Shown here piece after piece: positions 56,475-64,000 of a stretch of DNA of 64,000 bases (its first letter is position 1; each line of letters begins with the position of its first letter). This stretch comes from Eledone cirrhosa. Taxonomy: Eukaryota. Position numbers and translations under genes: made by a program. The stretch lies in assembly GCA_964016885.1 (NCBI GenBank), contig OZ024741.1, forward strand, positions 156,550,001 to 156,614,000, given 5' to 3'. A model generated the notes under the pieces. It worked only from the letters and a program-made list of their open reading frames with translations, had not been told where the DNA came from and made no database searches.

Positions 56475-58010
56475 TCCGAGGTTGGCCTTGTAAGTAAGAA
56501 TATCTTAAGAAAAATAATTCTCCAAATCAGAACTAACACTGACCTATCACAGTGGTTAAATACTTCCTCTGTTATTTCTTGGTTCAATAATATACAAGGT
56601 AAAAATAAGTGTAGATTTACCCAGTTTGATATTGTCGATTTTTACCCTTCTATTACTGTTTCCTTATTAACAAAGGCCTTAGATTTTGCAAGACCCTCCA
56701 TTAATATTTCTAAATTAGAAGAAGACATTATCCTCCATGCTAGAAAAACTTTACTTTTTACTAATGATAATATTTGGGTTAAAAAGTCAAACCCTGAAAA
56801 CTCTTTTGATGTCGCAATGGGTTCTTATGACAGTGCGGATGTGTGTGACTTAGTTGGATTGTTCCTTCTCCACACCCTCAAAGAGAAATTTCCGTCCCAT
56901 AATATCGGTTTATACCGTGATGACGGATTAGCAGTTTCTCATACCACCAACGGCCATGACCTTGATAAATTCCGTAAAGATTTAATCAATACTTTTGCTA
57001 ATCTTAACCTTAAAATTACTATAGATACGAACCTTACTAATGCTAACTTTCTTGATATTAATCTTGATTTACTTACTACCTCTTTTAAACCCTACCATAA
57101 ACCTAACGAAAATCTTAGGTATATACACAAAGAGTCTTGCCATCGCCCTATAGTTTTTAATAATCTTATTCCTAACATTAGCCGTAGGATTTCTACCTTA
57201 TCTTCGTCTATAGACATTTTTAATAAAGCCGCCCCTTATTATAATAAAGCCCTTAAGAACAGCGGTTTTACAGAAAAAATTTCTTATTTACCTACTCCCC
57301 CACCTAAAACTAACCACAATAACAGGAAAAGGAAGATTATTTGGTTCACACCCCCCTTCTCTCTAACTGTCAAAACGAATGTAGGAAGGAAATTCCTTGA
57401 ACTATTAGACAAACATTTTCCTCCTAATCATAGATAATATAAGATATTTAATAGGAACGTAGTCAAGATCAGCTACTCTTGTTGCCCATCTATGAAGTCC
57501 AAAATCACCAGCTCAAACCGGACGAGAATAAATCCAGGATGCAGTTGCAGGAAGCCGGACGAATGCCCATTGCAGGGTAGATGTAACACTAAATCTGTCG
57601 TTTATGAGGCTACGATAACACCAGTAATCAACAACCAGCCAGCTAGGAGTGAGCGATATATCGGTATGACCCAGGACAGGTTTAAAACCAGATTTTACTC
57701 ACATGTCGCTTCTTTTAAGCACTCCGATAAACGAACATCAACGGCCCTCGCAAGTAAGGTGTGGGAACTCAAGGATAGTAACATCCCGTACTCTATTGAT
57801 TGGTCTATATTAGACCATTCGAGGGAGTACCAAAGGGGCACTAAGAATTGTTCTTTGTGTACCACAGAAAAGGATAGGATTTTGCTAAACTTGAGAGACA
57901 CTTCCGATTGCCTTAATTCAAAGACTGAGATCTTCAGATGCTGTCCTCATCTGAGACCGCACCTGATCTGTAACTGGATTGACACTCCTATGAGAAATCA
58001 ACCGCCTTGA
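56475..58010 (+). pseudogene. PLE reverse transcriptase plus GIY-YIG endonuclease (one in-frame TAA at 57435)
   Basis: FDIVDFYPSI, AMGSYDSA, GLYRDDGL, FLDI, IIWFTPPFS; CSCRKPDECPLQGRC, VVY...YIGMT, CSLCTTEK, LNSKTE. Confidence 0.93.
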
Positions 58011-58214
58011 ACTCCTTCTCCCGCTCTTTACTTCTGCTACGGTTTTTATTTTACTGTTTCTACGTTCTGTACTCTTGTATACCTATATTTATTATATATT
58101 TTTTTCTCCCTTACCTCCCCTTATATTTTACCTTCTCCTATGCGGCCCCCACATATATTCTTTAAGCCTTGCCCTCCACATACCTATGTGTATGTGTGTG
58201 TATATTTGTGTGTA

Positions 58215-58294
<80 letters not shown>

Positions 58295-58654
58295 GATATG
58301 TGTGTGTATGTGTGTATGTATATATGTTTATACGTATGTGTGTGTGTGCCTGTGTGTATGTATTTATATATGGTTGTATTTGTGTGTGTGTGTATATATG
58401 TGTATGTGTGGATAAGCCAGGTTTCTCTCATCCTGAAGATTGTAGGAAAAATGTTTTTGCTTTTAAGAAACCCTTGGTAAATGGAATAATTGCCTTATGT
58501 TGCTTTAATACTTTACTACTATATATACGTATATGTAAGGTCCTTATGGTTTATCTAAGATTGAGTTTTACATACACACACGCATATACGTGTGTGTATG
58601 CGTATGCATGTGTGTGGGCGTAGTTGTGTATGTGTGTATATGTGTATATGCATG

Positions 58655-58737
<83 letters not shown>

Positions 58738-58806
58738 ATATGTGTGTGTGTATATATGTGTTTGTGTACATATGTGCGTGTGTATATATTGATAAATGTA
58801 TATGTG

Positions 58807-58858
<52 letters not shown>

Positions 58859-59186
58859 TGTTCTGTTGTGCGTGTTTATGATATATACGTATTTGTATGT
58901 GTATAATTGTTTAGCTATGTATGTATATGTGTGTGTATGTGTACGTGTGTATATATATGTGTGTGTGTACGTTTGTATTTATGTAATTATATGTGTGCTT
59001 ATGTATGCATATATGTGTGTGTGTGCATATAGCTGTATACACATGTGTGTGTGTATAGATTGTACACTTGTGCGTGGTTATGCATGTATGCGTATTTTTT
59101 TATGTGTGAGAGTGTGTGAATGCGTTGACTATTTCGTGCGCATGTATATGTGCTTTTGTGTGTGTGTATGTGTGTGTATATATGCA

Positions 59187-59232
<46 letters not shown>

Positions 59233-59250
59233 CGTGTGTGTGTGTAGATA

Positions 59251-59333
<83 letters not shown>

Positions 59334-59880
59334 ATGAATGTTTGTATATGTTTGTTCTTAGAGGAACAAAGGCAGACAGATTTCTGTATTCAGATTGGAG
59401 CCAGTCCTTATCATTAGCTTTCTCTTTAGCTTTCAGGTGTCTGTAAGATCAGTATGGGGTCAGTCATGGTAGATAGATTTGGAGGAAGGGGAGATTCCTT
59501 AAAAGCTAAATTCTTAAAGGTTCTAGTATATTGACGAAGGTTTAGGGAATTCTGTGGACAATTTCTAAGTATAATCTATACAACTGTAGCCATAAATTCA
59601 CGAGACACTTTCAACAGAACATACCCTGCGCGTATGCGCGCATGCACGCGCACACACATGTGTATGGGGGAAATATATTTATATTTGTATACGCGTGCGT
59701 GCGTGCGCGCATACACATGCGTGTGTGTGTGTGTGTGTGTGTGTGTTTTCGTGTATGTGTGGTTGTATGGGTAGTCTTATTTTGTTTTTATTTTTTCCTT
59801 TCCTTCTTCCTTCTCCAGCCTCACTTTCATATAGCTTGCTTTTTTTGTTTTTAAGATCCAAATTCAATAAGCAAACCAGG

Positions 59881-59948
59881 ATTTTTTCGTTCTGAGGATT
59901 GAAAGCAAAACCTTTTGCTTTTAAGAAACCACTGGTAAATGGAATAAT
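59881..59948 (+). ncRNA. Type-I hammerhead in PLE pseudo-LTR; related copies at 58425-58490 (+), 54916-54985 (-) and 56415-56478 (-, truncated)
   Basis: ttttcgtt-CTGAGGA-ttgaaagcaaaa-cc-ttttgcttttaa-GAAA-cc-act-gg-TA-aatggaa; long complementary stem II. Confidence 0.85.
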
Positions 59949-59973
59949 TGCCTTATGTTGTTTATTACATAAT

Positions 59974-60026
<53 letters not shown>

Positions 60027-60033
<7 letters not shown>

Positions 60034-61804
60034 ATATTTGGGGAGGGTCATATTTGCGTAATATTGCCAGAATTAATAACAGAACACACTCACTGTTTGG
60101 TTGGTTTTCGCTTCTCGCTGTCTTTTATATATATATATCTGCGATCTAACTTACTCGGTCCTCAATGTTGCCATTGACTGACCGGCGGTCAAAAATAATA
60201 CAGATACAATATAGACAAACACATATATATATAGTTTACATAAATCTTTCGTTGCACATCTGCAACATCGTCAGTGGTGTTATATTCATTGTTCCTCCTG
60301 TTGTGTTGTATGTCTACGCCATTTTTTTTTGTTCAGTCTGTCTATATATTTATTTATTTATTTGCTTGTTTGTTTATCTTATTTTATTTTGTCTTCTTTG
60401 CGCATGCGTTTGCGTGTGTGTATAGTGTTATGTGTGATGTGTGATGTGTGACTAGTGTGTATAGTGTTGTCTGATGGGTGACTAGTGTGTGTTTATGTGC
60501 TTGTGTATGTATTTATTTATCTTATTTTATTTAATTTAATTTACTTATTTATTTATACTTCTCTTAGGTCAGTGTTGTTTGTTTGGGTGTTGTTGTTGTT
60601 CCACTCATTCTTTCTGTTTAGCTTTGGTCTTCTAATTTCTATTTCACTGGCCTCTCTGATTTGCCTATCTGCTGGGTCATTCCTATGTTTAGATATTATT
60701 CTAATTTCTATGTTGTCTATGTTACCGTCATGATGTTGTCTAGCATGTTCGTATAGTACTGACCCGTTTTTTCGTCCTTTTAGTTCCCCCCAGTGTTGGT
60801 CTATCCTTTCACCTATGCTACGAGCTGTCTCACCTATGTATGTTGTTGTCGTGTTTCTGCAAGTACCCTCTGTACATCTTATGCTATAGCATAAGATGTA
60901 CAGAGGGTACTTGCAGAAACACGACAACAACATACATAGGTGAGACAGCTCGTAGCATAGGTGAAAGGATAGACCAACACTGGGGGGAACTAAAAGGACG
61001 AAAAAACGGGTCAGTACTATACGAACATGCTAGACAACATCATGACGGTAACATAGACAACATAGAAATTAGAATAATATCTAAACATAGGAATGACCCA
61101 GCAGATAGGCAAATCAGAGAGGCCAGTGAAATAGAAATTAGAAGACCAAAGCTAAACAGAAAGAATGAGTGGAACAACAACAACACCCAAACAAACAACA
61201 CTGACCTAAGAGAAGTATAAATAAATAAGTAAATTAAATTAAATAAAATAAGATAAATAAATACATACACAAGCACATAAACACACACTAGTCACCCAGC
61301 AGACAACACTATACACACTAGTCACACATCACACATCACACATAACACTATACACACACGCAAACGCATGCGCAAAGAAGACAAAATAAAATAAGATAAA
61401 CAAACAAGCAAATAAATAAATAAATATATAGACAGACTGAACAAAAAAAAAAAATGGCGTAGACATACAACACAACAGGAGGAACAATGAATATAACACC
61501 ACTGACGATGTTGCAGATGTGCAACGAAAGATTTATGTAAACTATATATATATGTGTTTGTCTATATTGTATCTGTATTATTTTTGACCGCCGGTCAGTC
61601 AATGGCAACATTGAGGACCGAGTAAGTTAGATCGCAGATATATATATATAAAAGACAGCGAGAAGCGAAAACCAACCAAACAGTGAGTGTGTTCTGTTAT
61701 TAATTCTGGCAATATTACGCAAATATGACCCTCCCCAAATATAACAATATCTGTTTCGACACACGATTTCATATAAAAAACCTCGCAAAACTAATTCATC
61801 GCCG

Positions 61805-61808
<4 letters not shown>
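60027..61808. mobile_element. Spacer-less palindromic PLE 3' fragment (centre 60886/60887)
   Basis: Identical GIY-YIG ORFs on both strands (YSIRC...YIGETARS..ERIDQH...RQIREA..LNRKNEW); arms ~860 bp; (TA)n on both sides. Confidence 0.92.
61499..61537 (+). ncRNA. Minimal hammerhead candidate (mirror at 60237-60277, -)
   Basis: cca-CTGACGA-t-gttgca-gatg-tgcaac-GAAA-gatt-TA-tg; weak stem I. Confidence 0.6.
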
Positions 61809-61856
<48 letters not shown>

Positions 61857-62835
61857 GTGAGGTTTTTTTACAAAATGAAAAATAACCGTGTCCTACACGA
61901 GTGAAAGTATAAAGAAAAAAAGATGAAATCGAAAATGCAACTGGAGTCTTATTTAAAAAAATATATATATATTTATTTGGTTCCTTTACCGGTTTCGCAG
62001 TTCTTCTGCTTTTCAAAAGTAGAGTTGAGATGGAGGGCCTGTGGTTTTTCTCAGTTGTATATATGTGTGTGTGTGTGTGTCTGTATGTGTTTGTGTCTGT
62101 GTATGACGTATTCGCGGTTCAGTGACCAGGGAGATCAATGCATGTATGGGTGTAGAGTTTGTACAACAATCAGTAAATTCCCAATGGAACATTTAAACCG
62201 TTGGGATTTTACTAAGTTATATATATTAGGAAAATAATAAAAGAAATGGTTTCAAAAGCGCTCCTGTTATATATATAAAGGATCTTTATAGCATATACAG
62301 AAATTGATGATAAAAATTTGATTATCAAATTAGCGGTAAGTAAACCAGCTTCTACAGGCCATCGTTTATACCAAACGAATAGCTAGCACACTCGGGGCCT
62401 ATCGCAGTTACGTTCCTAGACTACTCAGAAAAATTAATTTCCATTTATTTCGCTAGACGATACCACTCGAAACTGGCTGACACGTGGTTAGGAGGTGCTG
62501 GCTGGGATTTACAATTGAAGGCTTTTATCTTTACTCTATATCCCACCTTGAAAACTTATCGAGATTCCCTATAATACACTTAAACTTTTTCATATAAGAC
62601 TCTCTCTGTAATTTCATTAAATAAATCTCGCAACACAAACCTTTAATTTTCTATTAATTTTCTAATAATTTAATTTCATCCTATAATTCTTAACGTAAGT
62701 TAACGTTCCAATTTTCTGTTCACAGATTAGACCATACAGGCACCCATATATATGTCTTGGTTAAAATATGGGTTCTTTAGAATAACATTTTTCGCGGCGT
62801 CTTCTAGCATGACTGTTGTGTGACTCTTACGCTGA

Positions 62836-62914
<79 letters not shown>
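62836..62914. repeat. (TTTC)n microsatellite
   Basis: Direct. Confidence 0.95.
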
Positions 62915-63100
62915 TATTCTCTGACGGAGAGGTGGTAGTACATTATAAGCCTTCGCCCCCTCACCAGATGGTCATTAGTAGACCGAGTTGCCATCACTTG
63001 AGGGCGACTGACCGAGGTGAAAGCAGCTAGTTGGTCAGTCGTCCTCTCTGTCTCTGATTTCGGACCAATGGATTTTATATATTCCTTTGTTATATTTCGA

Positions 63101-63158
63101 ATACCTGATGATATCACCGGATTCATACGGAACCGGGTCATTGAAATGATCATAGTAT
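63101..63158 (+). ncRNA. Type-I hammerhead in the second copy of the 41-kb element (~62990-63215)
   Basis: atac-CTGATGA-tatcaccgg...gtcatt-GAAA-tgatca-TA-gtat. Confidence 0.78.
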
Positions 63159-64000
63159 AATAAACTTTTCAAGGATTTACACCAATCCAGCCTCCTGTTA
63201 TTTTATTATAATATTTAACTCCGTATTAGCACCACCAACTACACAAACGAAGACGGGTAAACTGCACTACGTTGAGTACTCTCCATAATATTACATCAAG
63301 ATTGACCATACGGAATGACCAATTCTATCCAGTGGTGAACCAACAAATCTAAATAAATAATGCTCCAATAATGTTGAGCACTTCCAGATGTAATATTGAA
63401 CAGCGGCCCTGACTTCAGTGTACAGCTATTGCCAGCATGGGATTAACTGAACTACTTACCATTCGGATTTTGGCTGCTCTGTGCTTTATCTACCGCCCAC
63501 CCTATCCAATGCTGCTTCCTTGTCGGGAATATTCGGATTTCGACAAAATTCTACGTATTATACTTAAGCATGTATTGTATTGACTGAATTCTCTACTCTA
63601 TACCTCAGGACTTTTTTGTGACTCACACTGAATTCGGAGACCCGAACTTTACACTAGGTACCACCTGATACCATTCCATCTCTTCCATCCTCTATATCTA
63701 TATGTACAACCTTGTATTATCTTACTGCAACTTGATCTATATTGTATTTCCCCTTTGCTTTGATTCCTCCGATAGGTTCTTATATATTTCCGTCTTACTA
63801 CATCACTACCCTAGCTATGACGGCGTTTTATTTATGTATTTTACTTTTTACTTTTTACCTTATTAATGTATTTTTTATATATATTTTTTATTTTTTATCT
63901 TTGTATTTTTTATCTTTGTATCCTGCTTTTATTTATTTGGGATTTTCTGCTTATTATTCTTTACTCAGGTCATTATGCACCATTCATAGCACCCTACCCA

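Larger units (their letters stand above)
54885..59978 (+). mobile_element. PLE (Naiad-like), 5'-truncated, with ~1.55-kb inverted pseudo-LTR
   Basis: 54885-56475 is the reverse complement of 58435-59978; RT and GIY-YIG lie between. Confidence 0.93.

Noticed and set aside
56460-58010. Selenoprotein-type recoding, known in some Naiad PLEs
   Set aside because: The only in-frame stop is TAA, not TGA, and the zinc-binding positions are ordinary Cys codons
55447-59446. CV/YI-repeat ORFs
   Set aside because: (TG)n/(TA)n microsatellite artefacts within the pLTR arms

Overview
AT-rich, repeat-saturated eukaryotic DNA with no recognisable host gene. The SINE family and the heavy (TA)n/(CA)n load suggest an invertebrate, probably a cephalopod such as octopus; this is an inference. 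Contents: an 8.4-kb 45/40-bp satellite with a ~3.5-kb higher-order duplication; a full-length Gypsy (Mag-like) LTR element with 276-bp LTRs and a 5-bp TSD; a full-length, decayed L1/Tx1-like LINE inside (TTA)n; R4/Dong-like and RTE-like LINE relics; tRNA-derived SINEs; and several Penelope-like element (PLE) insertions. The main hidden signal, read by eye, is about 20 type-I hammerhead ribozyme motifs from roughly 11 unrelated sequence families between 10 and 63 kb. Most lie in fold-back (inverted or palindromic) or partial-tandem units anchored in (TA)n/(TTA)n microsatellites, including a spacer-less 1.7-kb palindrome carrying two mirror GIY-YIG fragments. Coordinates were read manually and may be off by a few bases.
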